Assembly (NCBI GenBank): GCA_040235475.1
Contig: JBECKY010000031.1
Location: 3,293-67,292, forward strand
DNA length: 64,000 nt
Source of the DNA: Pseudomonadales bacterium
GTDB lineage: Bacteria > Pseudomonadota > Gammaproteobacteria > Pseudomonadales > UBA3067
Direction: 5' to 3'
The translations under genes and the position numbers were made by a program. The notes beneath the pieces were generated by a model. That model did no database searches, had not been told where the DNA came from, and saw nothing but the letters and a program-made list of their open reading frames with translations. Shown in pieces: positions 19,708-31,223 of the stretch. Every line of letters begins with the position of its first letter. Positions within the stretch are counted from its first letter, which is position 1.

Positions 19708-21231
19708 TTAAGGGGTATTGCGAAGATCTATAATATCATCATCTTCTGTCATATGGCTTTCAGTGCCAGTGCTTTTGCTGTAGTCGTTACGCAGGTTTTC
19801 AATTTTCTTTAAATAATTGCCATCGATGTCGCCGGTGACATAATTGCCATCAAAAACCGAACAATCAAAGTTTTTAATGTGTGGATTGCCAACCTTGGCA
19901 GACGCAATAAGATCAGCAAGATCCTGATAGATAAGTTTATCAGCGCCAATTAGTTTTTCTATTTCAGCAACGCTTTTATCATGGGCTATTAATTCATTGG
20001 CAGCAGGCATGTCGATACCGTAAACATTTGGGTATTTAACTTCAGGCGCGGCTGAAGCAAAATAAACTTTTTTTGCGCCGGATTCCCGTGCCATTTGTAT
20101 AATCTGCTTACAAGTTGTTCCTCGTACAATGGAATCATCAACCAGTAAAACATTTTTATCGCGAAACTCCAGGTCAATGGCATTGAGTTTTTGGCGCACG
20201 GATTTTTTACGCTGCCCTTGGCCCGGCATAATAAAGGTGCGGGCTATGTAGCGGTTTTTTATTAAACCTTCACGGTAATCCACTTTTAGACTTTTCGCCA
20301 ATTCAAGGGCCGAGGTTCTACTGGTATCAGGAATGGGGATAACCACATCTATGTCGTGATCGGGCCATTTTCTCTTAATTTTCTCAGCCAGCTTTTCACC
20401 CATACGCATACGGGCTTTATATACTGAAATATCATCCATAATCGAGTCGGGTCTGGCCAGATAAACATATTCAAAAATACAGGGTGTGAGTTTGGGCTTA
20501 TCTGCGCATTGCCGTGTGTGCAGACAACCTGCAGTATCAATAAAAACGGCTTCCCCAGGGGCTATGTCACGGATCAGGGTAAAGCCCAAGGAAGACAAAG
20601 CAACACTCTCCGAGGCAATCATATACTCAGTGCCTGATGGTGTTTCTTTTTTGCCAAACACCACCGGACGAATACCATAGGGATCACGAAAGCCAACCAG
20701 ACCGTAACCCGTGATCATTGCAACAACGGCATAAGCGCCTTTACAGCGGCGATGAACCGCCGCTACTGCTGAAAAAATATCATCAGGCTCCGGTGATAGT
20801 TTATTTAGGCACTGTAATTCATGGGCAAACACATTCAGCAGCACTTCGGAATCAGAGTCGGTATTGATATGCCGCAGGTCTGCCCGAAACAAATCCAGAC
20901 TAAGCTCAGTGGTGTTGGTTAAATTACCGTTGTGAGCCAGGGTAATACCGTAAGGAGAGTTAACATAAAAAGGCTGCGCTTCGGAGGAACTGGACGAGCC
21001 TGCAGTGGGGTAGCGAACATGGCCTATACCCATGCTGCCGATCAGGCGCTGCATATGCCTGGAGCGAAAAGCATCACGCACGGTGCCATTGTCTTTTCTC
21101 AAGAAAAGACGGCCGTTATCACAGGTGACGATACCCGCTGCATCCTGCCCTCTGTGTTGCAACACGGTCAAGGCGTCGTACAGACTCTGATTAACGTTAC
21201 TTTTACCCGCTATACCTACAATACCGCACAT
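19708..21231 (-). CDS. purF: Amidophosphoribosyltransferase
   Basis: 507 aa with the Ntn nucleophile start MCGIVGI and the PRTase motif [13 protein letters not shown]. Confidence 0.95.
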   Translation of the reverse strand: MCGIVGIAGKSNVNQSLYDALTVLQHRGQDAAGIVTCDNGRLFLRKDNGTVRDAFRSRHMQRLIGSMGIGHVRYPTAGSSSSSEAQPFYVNSPYGITLAHNGNLTNTTELSLDLFRADLRHINTDSDSEVLLNVFAHELQCLNKLSPEPDDIFSAVAAVHRRCKGAYAVVAMITGYGLVGFRDPYGIRPVVFGKKETPSGTEYMIASESVALSSLGFTLIRDIAPGEAVFIDTAGCLHTRQCADKPKLTPCIFEYVYLARPDSIMDDISVYKARMRMGEKLAEKIKRKWPDHDIDVVIPIPDTSRTSALELAKSLKVDYREGLIKNRYIARTFIMPGQGQRKKSVRQKLNAIDLEFRDKNVLLVDDSIVRGTTCKQIIQMARESGAKKVYFASAAPEVKYPNVYGIDMPAANELIAHDKSVAEIEKLIGADKLIYQDLADLIASAKVGNPHIKNFDCSVFDGNYVTGDIDGNYLKKIENLRNDYSKSTGTESHMTEDDDIIDLRNTP

Positions 21232-21351
21232 CTACAACTAATCCTCATTACGTTACTTTTAAAAATTCTGTTTAGTTAATTCTGAATTAAGTTGCTCCAT
21301 TACTTTTTCAGGTATAACTCTAAAAATGCTTTTCAGGTTATTTTTATAAGC

Positions 21352-21840
21352 TTAATTTAAAGCCCCGACCTGCCGTCTTATTTTTTTGAGAGTGTGTTGC
21401 TCTATGACCAAAATATAAGGCACAATTCTAGAGTCATACCACCATTTCTGGCCTTGTTGCAGGTCAAACCATCGAACACCTGCTGCCAGGATCATAACAA
21501 CCAATACGCCCCTGGCCATACCAAATAAAACACCCATATTACGGTCGGTGCTGCCCAAACCGGATTTTTTAATGAATTTGCTTACTAGATTATTAATTAA
21601 GGCTCCCACCACTAAGGTAAAAGCAAATAGCAGCACCCTGGCAAGGCCCATAACCATGGTGGTTGAAGCATTAATGTAATTGGACAGGAAAATGCCAAAA
21701 TTAAGACCAAACATGTAGGTAATAATCAATGCACTAAACCAGGTGCACAAAGAGATGGCTTCACGAGTAAAGCCGCGGTACCAGCTTAATGACGCAGACA
21801 CTAATATTACCATGATGATAACAATATCGGTTATATTCAT
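21352..21840 (-). CDS. cvpA: CvpA family membrane protein (colicin V production protein)
   Basis: 162 aa with four predicted transmembrane helices, in the conserved position between the SPOR protein gene and purF. Confidence 0.8.
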   Translation of the reverse strand: MNITDIVIIMVILVSASLSWYRGFTREAISLCTWFSALIITYMFGLNFGIFLSNYINASTTMVMGLARVLLFAFTLVVGALINNLVSKFIKKSGLGSTDRNMGVLFGMARGVLVVMILAAGVRWFDLQQGQKWWYDSRIVPYILVIEQHTLKKIRRQVGALN

Positions 21841-21899
21841 TTTAAATCAGTCTAAACAAAATATTTTTACTTTCTAACCAGGAGAACTCTTTGAACCAG

Positions 21900-22463
21900 C
21901 TATGAATCCACTCTATATTTTACAACCAGGCCAGACAAACCGAATTTTTTTTGCAGTTGTTGCGCCACTGCATAAGCATCAGCTTGCCTGATTTCAGGGC
22001 CAACAAAAACCCTATACCTAATGCCGTTATTGGTGTTGATTTTTTTCATATAGGCCTTGAATTTATTTTTTTGAAGCCTGGCTTCAAGGTCTTTAGCATT
22101 GCCAATTTGGGTGAAGCTCCCCAACTGCACCGTCCAAACCGGATTTAATGGCGATTTGGAAACGGTTGTTTTTGCTATCTCTTGCGTTGTTGCAGGGGTG
22201 TTCTCAGCTTTATTGGTAATATCAGCTTCTGCGGGTATTTCCTGAGCCTGATCTCCTGCTATCTGCGCATCGACTTCGGTAACTAATTGCTCATAACGCG
22301 CCGGATCGACTTTATAGGGTGTAAGTTCCGGTCGCGGAGGAACATCAAGTACCAGTTGCTGCGAGTCAATTACTGGACCTTCGAGAATACTGGGAATAAA
22401 AACAATTCCACCGCCAATAATAATCAGGGCTCCAACAATGCGTTGTTTTAAAGCTATATCCAC
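21900..22463 (-). CDS. SPOR domain cell-division protein (DedD-like)
   Basis: 187 aa with an N-terminal transmembrane helix, a Pro/Gln/Glu-rich linker and a C-terminal SPOR-like block WTVQLGSF..A..L...L. Confidence 0.75.
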   Translation of the reverse strand: MDIALKQRIVGALIIIGGGIVFIPSILEGPVIDSQQLVLDVPPRPELTPYKVDPARYEQLVTEVDAQIAGDQAQEIPAEADITNKAENTPATTQEIAKTTVSKSPLNPVWTVQLGSFTQIGNAKDLEARLQKNKFKAYMKKINTNNGIRYRVFVGPEIRQADAYAVAQQLQKKFGLSGLVVKYRVDS

Positions 22464-22527
22464 GGCTACTAACCTTTAAAACCAATTCATTTTTAATGTT
22501 TAAACCGGGGGTCTCGACCTGCTCTAA

Positions 22528-23949
22528 TTACGTAAACAAGCCCTTAACCGCCGCCACTGTATAGAAGGATCCATAAACCAGAATACAATCACCCGTGCTG
22601 GCGTTGGCTTTTGCCTGATTATACGCTATTTTCGGATGCAAATATTTACCTGAAACCTTAGCCCCGGACTCAATCAGATAGTTATACAGGGTGTCGGCTG
22701 CTCGCGATCTGGCCGAGGGCACATTACAAGGGTACCAGGTATGGGCGATACCGATAAAGGGCGACAGCACAGCTGAATAGTCCTTATCATTCAGCAGCCC
22801 TACTACAATGTGTAAACGGCCCTTTTGTTGGTTTATCGGCAGTTTGGCTGCGACTGTATTGGCAGGTTTAATTAACTGAAGATATTTTTCAGCACAGAGC
22901 CTGGCCGCAGCCGGATTATGGGCAACATCAAGTATAGTGGTAGTTTCACCTTGAATTATCTCAAAGCGCCCTGCTATTTGCACATTTTCAATCCCTTTTA
23001 GGATATTGTGTTCTGACAGGTTTAAGGGCAGTTGAAAAAGGGCTTGCAGAGCCGTCGCAATATTATCCAGGGCAAGCGACTGGACTGCTGAAAAACTATT
23101 TGTGGCCGGGGATAGGGCCAGGCTTAAAGTTACTTTTTCGCTGCTTACATCGTCTAAAACCGGTTTTATACCGCCTTTAGGCTGCTCAAACCGAGCTTTA
23201 GCACCCTGCCAGTAAAGCGTGTTGACAGACTGCTGGCTGTTAGGTGTTGCCTGGCTTCCTATAATCCGGGTCAGCGAATAATCCTTGCCATTGCAAAGCA
23301 GGCTTACATTGTCAGTGCCTGCTTTGTGTTTAACCGAATTCGGTATATTGCGTTCACCAATAATGGCAACACCGTTGCTGCGGAAAATCCCAGCCTTTTC
23401 ATAGCCGATCTCTTCAAGGCTTTCACCCAGCCACTGAGTATGATCGTAATCAATGGAAGTGATAATTGCCAGATCATTGTCTACAATATTAACTGCATCC
23501 AAACGCCCACCTAAACCGACTTCCAAAACTAATAAATCCAGTTCTTGCTCTGCATCTGCCTGCTTGAACAGCACCAAAGCAGCAAGCGTAGAGAATTCAA
23601 AATAGCTTAATGACACGGAGCCCCGGGCATTTTCTACGCTATCAAAGGCTTGCATCAGTGCTTGATCGTCAACTGGATGACCGTCAAAACGAATACGTTC
23701 ATTAAAGCTGATCAGGTGAGGTGAGCTATAACAGCCGACTCTGAACTTATGGGCTAAGGCTATGGATTCTAGCAAGGCAAGGCATGAGCCTTTGCCATTG
23801 GTACCCGAAATAACCACAACCGGGCAGTCAAAGTTTTTAACAGCGAGGCTTTGTGCAACCTTGTCGATCCGATCAAGCCCAAGCTCAATTTCCAGTGGGT
23901 GCAGGGTTTCGAGCCAACAAAGCCAGTCAGGGACGGTGGTAAATTTCAT
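22528..23949 (-). CDS. folC: Bifunctional folylpolyglutamate synthase / dihydrofolate synthase
   Basis: 473 aa with the Mur-ligase P-loop ISGTNGKGS, plus LEVGLGGRLDA and DVAHNP. Longer than the roughly 420-430 aa I expect, owing to an internal Ser/Gln-rich segment. Confidence 0.9.
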   Translation of the reverse strand: MKFTTVPDWLCWLETLHPLEIELGLDRIDKVAQSLAVKNFDCPVVVISGTNGKGSCLALLESIALAHKFRVGCYSSPHLISFNERIRFDGHPVDDQALMQAFDSVENARGSVSLSYFEFSTLAALVLFKQADAEQELDLLVLEVGLGGRLDAVNIVDNDLAIITSIDYDHTQWLGESLEEIGYEKAGIFRSNGVAIIGERNIPNSVKHKAGTDNVSLLCNGKDYSLTRIIGSQATPNSQQSVNTLYWQGAKARFEQPKGGIKPVLDDVSSEKVTLSLALSPATNSFSAVQSLALDNIATALQALFQLPLNLSEHNILKGIENVQIAGRFEIIQGETTTILDVAHNPAAARLCAEKYLQLIKPANTVAAKLPINQQKGRLHIVVGLLNDKDYSAVLSPFIGIAHTWYPCNVPSARSRAADTLYNYLIESGAKVSGKYLHPKIAYNQAKANASTGDCILVYGSFYTVAAVKGLFT

Positions 23950-23987
23950 TAACGGGTCTATTGTCTCGGTTGATCACAGAACTCTTA

Positions 23988-24806
23988 TCAAAAGCGCTTA
24001 GCTAACTCATTAATTGCCTGACGCATTGCCTGCAGCAGCGCAGGCGGCTGATCAGCCTGAAAGAGGTTTTTTTTAACAAGCTCGGCATAATAACTAACCA
24101 AAACACTGCCTACCACAACGCCATCAGCCACTTCAGCCACAGCTTTTGCCGATGCCGCATCTTTTATACCAAAGCCAACGGCAATGGGCAGTTGGGTTTT
24201 TTTTCGTATTTTAGCCACGTTGTCGGCAACATCAACAATATCAAGGCTGTTCGCCCCGGTAACGCCTTTAAGTGAAACATAATACAAATAGCCGGTGGCA
24301 CCATTACAAATGCTTTCAAGGCGATCTTCTCGGGTTGTAGGGGCAATTAAAAAAATAGTATCGACGCCCTCAGCCGCAAGAGCGGCATTTAATTCTTCGG
24401 CTTCTTCCGGTGGCACGTCGACGGTTAACAGGCCATCAACACCCGCCTTGCGGGCTTTTTTAGCGAATGCCGCGTAACCCATAACTTCCACCGGGTTAGC
24501 GTAGCCCATTAGCACCACAGGGGTTTGCGCATCGTTTTGACGAAATTCAGCGACCAGCTCAAGCACATCCACCAGGCGGGTTTTATTGTCCAGTGCCCGC
24601 TCATGAGCAAGCTGTATAACCGGCCCTTCGGCCATAGGGTCAGAGAAAGGCACGCCCAATTCGATAATATCAGCTCCGGCCTTTACCAAGGCGTGCATCT
24701 GCTGAACGGTTTTTTCAAGGCTGGGGTCGCCCGCAACAATGTAAGGAATCAGAGCTTTTTTCCCCGATCCCTTAAGATGCTCAAAACAAGCCTGGATACG
24801 GCCCAT
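23988..24806 (-). CDS. trpA: Tryptophan synthase alpha chain
   Basis: 272 aa with [28 protein letters not shown] and GFGI, typical of TrpA. Confidence 0.93.
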   Translation of the reverse strand: MGRIQACFEHLKGSGKKALIPYIVAGDPSLEKTVQQMHALVKAGADIIELGVPFSDPMAEGPVIQLAHERALDNKTRLVDVLELVAEFRQNDAQTPVVLMGYANPVEVMGYAAFAKKARKAGVDGLLTVDVPPEEAEELNAALAAEGVDTIFLIAPTTREDRLESICNGATGYLYYVSLKGVTGANSLDIVDVADNVAKIRKKTQLPIAVGFGIKDAASAKAVAEVADGVVVGSVLVSYYAELVKKNLFQADQPPALLQAMRQAINELAKRF

Positions 24807-24856
24807 GAATATCTCCTGCTAGAATTTAAAACTTTTCGTTGTTATTAACCGGGCCA

Positions 24857-26071
24857 CTAAAAAGATACGCCATCAATGCCAGCCACAGTGAGAATGTCTT
24901 TATCTCCACGCCCAGATAAGTTGACGATAATAACCTGGTCTTTATTCATCCTTGCCGCAAGCTTTTGCGCATAGGCCACAGCATGACTGCTTTCAAGCGC
25001 CGGCAAAATACCCTCGATCAGTGTCAGATTTCTAAAAGCCGCCAAGGCTTCTTCGTCGGTAATGCCAACATATTCTGCACGTTTAATGTCTTTTAACCAG
25101 GCATGCTCTGGCCCTACCCCGGGGTAATCCAGGCCCGCCGAAACAGAATGGGTAGGAATAATTTGTCCATTTTCGTCTTCCATTAAATAGGTTCGATTGC
25201 CATGCAATACGCCTGGCTTACCTTCAGCTAAAGGCGCAGCATGTTGCCCGGTATCGAGGCCTAAGCCAGCCGCTTCTACTCCGTACATTTTAACGCTGGT
25301 GTCTGCTATAAAGGGATGAAACAAGCCAATGGCATTTGATCCACCCCCCACACAGGCCACCAAGGCATCGGGTAACTTGCCAGTCATCTCAAGGCATTGC
25401 GCTTTGGCTTCACGCCCGATCACTGACTGAAAGTCTCTGACTAGCATTGGATAAGGGTGTGGGCCGGCAACGGTGCCAATAATGTAGTAGGTGTTATCAA
25501 CATTGCTAACCCAGTCGCGCATGGCTTCGTTCATGGCATCCTTCAGGGTTTTTGAGCCAGATTCAACCGAAATCACATCTGCACCGAGCAATTTCATGCG
25601 GTAGACATTGAGCTTTTGTCGCTGAATATCCTCAGCACCCATAAAGACCTGGCATTCCAAACCTAGACGGGCAGCCACGGTTGCAGTAGCAACCCCGTGC
25701 TGACCGGCACCGGTTTCAGCAATGACCCGTGGCTTACCCATATGTTTTGCCAGCAGAGCCTGACCAATGGTGTTATTTACTTTATGCGCGCCGGTATGAT
25801 TCAGGTCTTCACGTTTGAGGAAAATTTGTGCTCCACCGGCTTGCTTTGTTAAACGTTCTGCAAAATACAGCGGTGAAGGCCTGCCCACATAGTGGGCCAG
25901 GTCTCTATCGAAGTCCTGTTGAAAGGCGGGATCCCGAGAAAGTTTTTTGTACAGGGCCTCCAGGTCGAGTAATGCACTCATCAAAGTTTCTGAGACAAAG
26001 CGACCCCCATAAGGACCAAAATGGCCACGCTCATCAGGAAGATTGGTAAGTTTTCCCGCTTCAATTGACAT
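24857..26071 (-). CDS. trpB: Tryptophan synthase beta chain
   Basis: PLP-lysine motif [11 protein letters not shown], plus [11 protein letters not shown] and GGGSNAIG. The track ORF starts at 26083. I prefer the ATG at 26071 (MSIEAGK..) because GAGG lies upstream. Either start overlaps the trpF stop at 26061-26063. Confidence 0.93.
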   Translation of the reverse strand: MSIEAGKLTNLPDERGHFGPYGGRFVSETLMSALLDLEALYKKLSRDPAFQQDFDRDLAHYVGRPSPLYFAERLTKQAGGAQIFLKREDLNHTGAHKVNNTIGQALLAKHMGKPRVIAETGAGQHGVATATVAARLGLECQVFMGAEDIQRQKLNVYRMKLLGADVISVESGSKTLKDAMNEAMRDWVSNVDNTYYIIGTVAGPHPYPMLVRDFQSVIGREAKAQCLEMTGKLPDALVACVGGGSNAIGLFHPFIADTSVKMYGVEAAGLGLDTGQHAAPLAEGKPGVLHGNRTYLMEDENGQIIPTHSVSAGLDYPGVGPEHAWLKDIKRAEYVGITDEEALAAFRNLTLIEGILPALESSHAVAYAQKLAARMNKDQVIIVNLSGRGDKDILTVAGIDGVSF

Positions 26072-26750
26072 TGCATACCTCATTTATAAGACGTTGGATT
26101 AAAGTTTTGTCTTTAATACCTTGTTCACTTTCCACACCGCCGCTGACGTCAACTGCATAGGGCCGAACCGTTATTATGGCTTCGCTAACGTTCGATGGGT
26201 TTAAACCACCAGCAAGGATAATAGGTTGGGCAATTGTCTGCCCGATGTTCTTCGGAATACTTTGCCAGTTGAATACCTGGCCTGTTCCCCCGGGGACATC
26301 TTTTTTATAACTATCAAGAAGAAAACCACTGGCTGAAGGATAGTTGTTCATTTCAGTCAGGAGGTCTAAACCAGGAGCCATACGTATGGCTTTGATATAA
26401 GGTTTATGGAATTTAATACAATCCTGCTCGGGCTCATCACCATGGAATTGCAATACATCCAGGTTTACTTTTTCAAGGGTAGCTAAAATTTGTTTTTCAT
26501 TGGCATTAACAAACAAACCAACCCGGGTAACAAAGGGAGATACTTTCTGAGCAAGTTTTTTTGCCTGCTCAAGGGCAACGGCCCTGGGACTTTTTTCATA
26601 GAAAACAAAGCCAATAGCGTCAGCACCGGATTCACAAACCGCTTCGACATCGCACTCACGGGTGATTCCACAGATTTTAACCCGGGTTCTTGTCCGTGAT
26701 GACGTCTTATTAGCAGAAAAAGATGATTTAACGATGTTTAACGCACTCAT
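26061..26750 (-). CDS. trpF: Phosphoribosylanthranilate isomerase
   Basis: 229 aa with VKICGIT, DAIGFVF and LAGGLNP. It carries a leader of about 22 aa before the conserved VKICG. Confidence 0.88.
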   Translation of the reverse strand: MSALNIVKSSFSANKTSSRTRTRVKICGITRECDVEAVCESGADAIGFVFYEKSPRAVALEQAKKLAQKVSPFVTRVGLFVNANEKQILATLEKVNLDVLQFHGDEPEQDCIKFHKPYIKAIRMAPGLDLLTEMNNYPSASGFLLDSYKKDVPGGTGQVFNWQSIPKNIGQTIAQPIILAGGLNPSNVSEAIITVRPYAVDVSGGVESEQGIKDKTLIQRLINEVCNVN

Positions 26751-26888
26751 TACAACTAAATAACTATAAGGAAGCTCTGCCCGGAAATAAGCTGAAAGTC
26801 CTGGTTACGATATGGGTTTATACGGTTCAACGCAGGCTAATATTAACAAAATCCATACAAAATTTCCCGCCTTATGCGAAATTAGCCA

Positions 26889-27689
26889 TTACTGCCCTGC
26901 CTGAATACTGGGAATTAAATGCTTGCTGAGTACCGGTTGCGGAAGGTTAAAGCTTTCGGGGTAGTAGGCACCGACAAAGTACAAGCCATAAGGTGATGCC
27001 GTTACCCCTGCCTTGGTACGGTCGCGATATTCAAGGACTTCTTTGGCCCATACAGGCTCGCGCTCCCCGGCGCCAATTTTCATCAGTACCCCGGCTATAT
27101 TACGTACCATGTGTTGCAAAAAGGCATTGGCCTTAATATCGATAAAGACGGCATCGCCGCTGCGGCTGACCTCCAGCTCTTGAATGTCTCTCACCGCACT
27201 TTTTGCCTGACAACCCGCGGCACGATAAGAGCTAAAATCATGTTTACCGAGCAAATAAGTGGCCGCCGCTGCCATTTTATCGACATCAAGGGGGCGATAA
27301 TTCCAGCAAACATGCTTTCTTAACAGCGCGGGTCTAATGGCAGAATTGCAGATAATATATCGGTAGCGTCGGCTTTGCGCCGAGAAACGTGCATCAAAGT
27401 CTTCGCTGACGGGCTTGGCCCAAACAACCGAGACATCGCCATCCATGAAGGTATTACTGCCAAAAATCAATGCCTTTTCATCCCGGATAGACGACGTATC
27501 AAAATGCACGACTTGTGCAATGCCATGAACGCCGGTATCAGTTCTGCCCGCACATTTTAGCCGTATTTTTTCATCCACCACTTTACTCACGGCTTGCTCT
27601 AAAACTTGCTGAACGGTACGTACATTATCCTGAATTTGCCAGCCACAAAATGCTGAGCCGTCGTATTCGACGCCAAGCGCAAAACGCAT
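26889..27689 (-). CDS. truA: tRNA pseudouridine(38-40) synthase
   Basis: Catalytic Asp block GRTDTGVHG. The start is set at the ATG at 27689 (MRFALGVEYDGSAFCGWQ), which matches the usual TruA N-terminus. The track ORF extends to 27755. Confidence 0.9.
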   Translation of the reverse strand: MRFALGVEYDGSAFCGWQIQDNVRTVQQVLEQAVSKVVDEKIRLKCAGRTDTGVHGIAQVVHFDTSSIRDEKALIFGSNTFMDGDVSVVWAKPVSEDFDARFSAQSRRYRYIICNSAIRPALLRKHVCWNYRPLDVDKMAAAATYLLGKHDFSSYRAAGCQAKSAVRDIQELEVSRSGDAVFIDIKANAFLQHMVRNIAGVLMKIGAGEREPVWAKEVLEYRDRTKAGVTASPYGLYFVGAYYPESFNLPQPVLSKHLIPSIQAGQ

Positions 27690-27963
27690 ATCGCTTACCT
27701 GTAGGAATTCAACCTGGGGAACCTCTGAATAAGTCATGCAATTTAATAGCCTCATGCTGAGGTATCGAGGTGCCGCCTAGAAATTTAAGCTGATGCAGCA
27801 TCGAGGTTTTCTGCCACTTTTGATCAGATAAAGGTTATTAAAAATATGAGTACGGAGGATCGGTTTTTAAACAAATCAACTGTCATTCAAGGTAGTTCGA
27901 ATACCAAAAAGAGCAAAATGGATGCTTGTTAGCTGCTTTAAACAGTTTAAATTGTGCCATAAT

Positions 27964-30957
27964 TTAAGCTATTCGTTGCAGTAACTCATTGGCATCCTTT
28001 TTCTGGGCTTCATCACCTTCAGAAAGAACTTCTTGCAGTATGTCTCGCGCACCGTCCTTATCCCCCATATCAATATAGGCGCGGGCAAGATCAAGTTTAG
28101 TGGCGGCTTCGTCGGTATCGTTCAGAAAATCAAAATCATCATCGTCGTCGGCAGTTGCAAGCCCCTCTTCAGAGAACATTTCGATTTCTGCACTCTGATT
28201 GGAAATATCATCGGCCAGATCTATATTCTCACTTTCAGAGTTACGACTAATGCTTGATACATTATCCGGGATTGCGTCAGTCTCTTCAGCTTCCTCAACA
28301 ACAGAATCTAATTCCATATCGAGCGCATCATCGCTTGAATCCAGGGAAGCTTCCATTGCCTTTGAGTCAAAGGTAATATCTTCCAACTCAGAGCTTTCAT
28401 CCAAATTAAAACTCAACGAAAGGTCATCATCACTTTGCTTATCATCAAGAGAAAATTCCAGCTCTTGCGCAGTGTCATCAGCAGACGTTACATTGTCTTC
28501 CAAGCCCAGGCCCTCAAGTTCTCCACTTAAGTCTTCTGCAAAAGCGTCATCGTCCAAATCCAGGCCATTTTCCTCTGTCATTAAAAACTCAGAAGCATCA
28601 GCATCATCACCGCCCTCATTAGAGTCAAAGTCTAAGGACGCATCCAGTTCATTTTCTACGGCGTCAATATTTGACTGCATATCTTCAACGCTGCTTTCAT
28701 CCTCACCGTCAAAATCCATACTAAAATCAAACTCATTGGAATCATCTGTGGCTTCTGCAAATGCCTGTACCGGTTCTTTTTCTAAGGACATCACTTCGTC
28801 CGCTTTATCCAGGCCGCCCATTTTAGCCTCCAGGGCAGCGTAGGCAGCGGTATCACCCATCTCTCCATACACTTCAAGCAACTTTTTCATTAGCTCAGGT
28901 TTGCCAGGCTCCTTAGCGAGCGCCTGCTTCAACAGATCCATCGCGTGATTGTAACGGCCGTAGGCTATGTAGATATCCGCCTCACCGATGGCGTCGGCAG
29001 CAGTTCCTTGAAATTCTTCAACCGTTTCTGCTGCTTCCATCGTGCGATCTGCTAAAACCTCATCACTTTGGTTGAAGCTTTCTTGCGCCCCTTCTTCATT
29101 ATCAAATGCTTCCAGGTCATCAAGTCCAGCAGCATCTTCGTCCTCATCAAAAGCATGACCTAACTCGTCATCAAAATCTTCAGCATCGAAATCTTCCTCG
29201 TCAGTTTTGGATTTCCTCAGATAAAGGAACAGGCCTGACGCAAGCAATACTAATCCGCCACCACCTGCAAGGAGGTACATGGGGTTGGCAACAAGGTTTT
29301 TCAAATTTTCAATCAGCCCTTTGCCCTTGGCGAGTATAGCCTCTACAAATTCAACATTTGCATCAGCAGGTTCTTCCGAAGCAGCGCCTGTAGCAGACTC
29401 TTCCGGAGCAGCACCTTTAGCAAGCTCTTCCGGAGCAGCACCTTCGTCAGTACCCTGGGTTGGGCTAACTTCAATATCAGTGTCAACGCCAGTGGCATCG
29501 CTGGCATTGGCAGCTATCGAGTCATCGACGGTTATATCCGCGCCCGCCCCCTCCAGCTCACGCAGCTTAGCCTGTAGTGCCGCAATCTGACTATCTTTTA
29601 GTTGTAAAATTTCATTGGAGGTTTTTATCTGTTCCTCCACATCAGAAAGCCGGGAAGACAGCTCCTGATTTTCAAGCCGGCTTCTATCCAGGTCTTCCTG
29701 TGCGACTAAAAGCGCTTCTTCCATTCTGGCCAGGCTGCTGCTGCCCGCCTCACCTTCTCTAGCCCCAAGAGAGCCGCCTTCTGCATCTGCATCTGCATCT
29801 GCATTTGCAGCCACAAGTTTTAGGCGTGCATCGCCATCGCTTTCAGCTACAGTTTGAAGCTGATCATAAGCGCCGGTATCCAGGGGGATAGCACTTAAAT
29901 CGCCACCTTTTTCTTCAAACCATTGTCGATTCTGCTCAGCAACCATGCTCACTGCCAAGCGGGCATCGATTTCCTCTATTTCGCTCAAAGCAGGTAAACG
30001 TAAAATAGAACCTTCCTTGAGATTATTAATATTGTCATTAATGAAGGCTTCACTGTTTAACTTTTTAATTGCCAACATGGTTTGCTGAACAGTGACATTA
30101 GCGGGTTTTACCTTCTTGGATATTTGCCAGAGATTATCATAGCGAGAAACCCGGCCATAGGTGTCAGTGGGCGGGTTTGAAGGACTTAACTGAGTTTTTT
30201 GCGGCACGCTAGCAGTTGCCTCGAACTGCTCTTCTTCAGCTTCGTCATATTCTTCAGTCAAATCAGTCTGTTCATTTTCAGTGAGTTCAGGCTCAGCAGC
30301 TTCAGGAGACTCTTTAAAATCTTGCTCAGCTGTATCTGACAGATTCGCTTCATCAACCGACTCGTAAGCCAGATCATCCAAATCTGAGTGGGTATCAACA
30401 TCTTCAGCTTGCGTTTCTGAAAAAACCTCTTCGAGGTTTCCCTCTTGCTCCACTGGGGAACTTGCTAAACTGGACTCTGCTTTTGGCGCAACAACTTCTT
30501 CCGTTGCCACTACCGTACTTACCGGTGGGCTTGCAATTATACCTGCTGCCTGCTGATTAAAAATTGGGGGGTCCATCAATACGGTGTATTCACGGAGCAA
30601 ACGCCCCTGCGGCCACTGCATTTCAATAATAAAGTTAAGGAAGGGTTCTTTGACGGGCTTTTTACTGGTTACATGGATAACTCCAGAGCCATCTGGTTTG
30701 ATATCAACGTCAAATTTTAAACCCGTAAGAAAAAAAACGCGCTCCACGCCGGCTCTTTCAAATTCGTCATAACCAGCAAGTCTGATGCGAATTTCATCTT
30801 CCTGAAGGTCGCCTACCTTGGATAACTTAATCTCTGCATCCATGGGTTGATTAAGTGCAGAATTTAACTCTATCCCACCCAGACCTAAAGCACCCGCAAA
30901 ACCAGGGAGTAACATCCCCGCCCCAATTAAAGCAGATGTAAACTTACGAACCATCAT
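27964..30957 (-). CDS. fimV: FimV-like peptidoglycan-binding motility/polarity protein
   Basis: 997 aa with a signal peptide and the conserved N-terminal block LGGIELNSALNQPMDAEI. A LysM-like segment (YGRVSRYDNLWQISKKV) and one central transmembrane helix follow. The rest is extremely acidic and ends with the conserved FimV C-terminus KLDLARAYIDMGDKDGARDILQEVL. Sits in the asd-fimV-truA position. Confidence 0.85.
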   Translation of the reverse strand: MMVRKFTSALIGAGMLLPGFAGALGLGGIELNSALNQPMDAEIKLSKVGDLQEDEIRIRLAGYDEFERAGVERVFFLTGLKFDVDIKPDGSGVIHVTSKKPVKEPFLNFIIEMQWPQGRLLREYTVLMDPPIFNQQAAGIIASPPVSTVVATEEVVAPKAESSLASSPVEQEGNLEEVFSETQAEDVDTHSDLDDLAYESVDEANLSDTAEQDFKESPEAAEPELTENEQTDLTEEYDEAEEEQFEATASVPQKTQLSPSNPPTDTYGRVSRYDNLWQISKKVKPANVTVQQTMLAIKKLNSEAFINDNINNLKEGSILRLPALSEIEEIDARLAVSMVAEQNRQWFEEKGGDLSAIPLDTGAYDQLQTVAESDGDARLKLVAANADADADAEGGSLGAREGEAGSSSLARMEEALLVAQEDLDRSRLENQELSSRLSDVEEQIKTSNEILQLKDSQIAALQAKLRELEGAGADITVDDSIAANASDATGVDTDIEVSPTQGTDEGAAPEELAKGAAPEESATGAASEEPADANVEFVEAILAKGKGLIENLKNLVANPMYLLAGGGGLVLLASGLFLYLRKSKTDEEDFDAEDFDDELGHAFDEDEDAAGLDDLEAFDNEEGAQESFNQSDEVLADRTMEAAETVEEFQGTAADAIGEADIYIAYGRYNHAMDLLKQALAKEPGKPELMKKLLEVYGEMGDTAAYAALEAKMGGLDKADEVMSLEKEPVQAFAEATDDSNEFDFSMDFDGEDESSVEDMQSNIDAVENELDASLDFDSNEGGDDADASEFLMTEENGLDLDDDAFAEDLSGELEGLGLEDNVTSADDTAQELEFSLDDKQSDDDLSLSFNLDESSELEDITFDSKAMEASLDSSDDALDMELDSVVEEAEETDAIPDNVSSISRNSESENIDLADDISNQSAEIEMFSEEGLATADDDDDFDFLNDTDEAATKLDLARAYIDMGDKDGARDILQEVLSEGDEAQKKDANELLQRIA
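29371..29444. repeat. In-frame 27-nt (9-aa) tandem repeat, about 3 copies, inside fimV
   Basis: CTCTTCCGGAGCAGCACCTT occurs at 29398-29417 and 29425-29444, with a degenerate copy at about 29371-29389. Encodes GAAPEE-type nonapeptides (EGAAPEELAKGAAPEESATGAASEE). Confidence 0.85.
29781..29804. repeat. In-frame hexanucleotide repeat (CTGCAT) x4 inside fimV
   Basis: ctgcat x4 on the plus strand, encoding the (Asp-Ala)n run ..NADADADAE.. of FimV. Confidence 0.9.
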
Positions 30958-31223
30958 AAAACCCTTTTCTGTATTGATTCTGGATTGTACAGTTTCAGCT
31001 TTTACTTCTTAACATTAATATTATTGTTGCCTATCACGGTCACCAGCCTTCCCTAATCGGATAAGTCTTCAGATCATTTAACAAGCCTAAGTCACAGAGC
31101 ATTGTTGCATAATCGCTGGCACGTCCACTATCAGCTCAGGCCACAGCCAGAATCATCGCTCTAATTCTTAGTTTGCAAAGTAAAAGCTAGAATAAATATT
31201 ACTATGATTCACTAAAGTATCAA

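Noticed and set aside
28199-28843. 214-aa Ser-rich plus-strand ORF, plus other plus-strand ORFs at 28033-30772, antisense to fimV
   Set aside because: It mirrors the Asp/Glu-rich fimV coding strand, because GAN codons read as NTC (Ser/Leu) on the opposite strand. It has no start context or motif, while FimV has conserved N- and C-terminal blocks.
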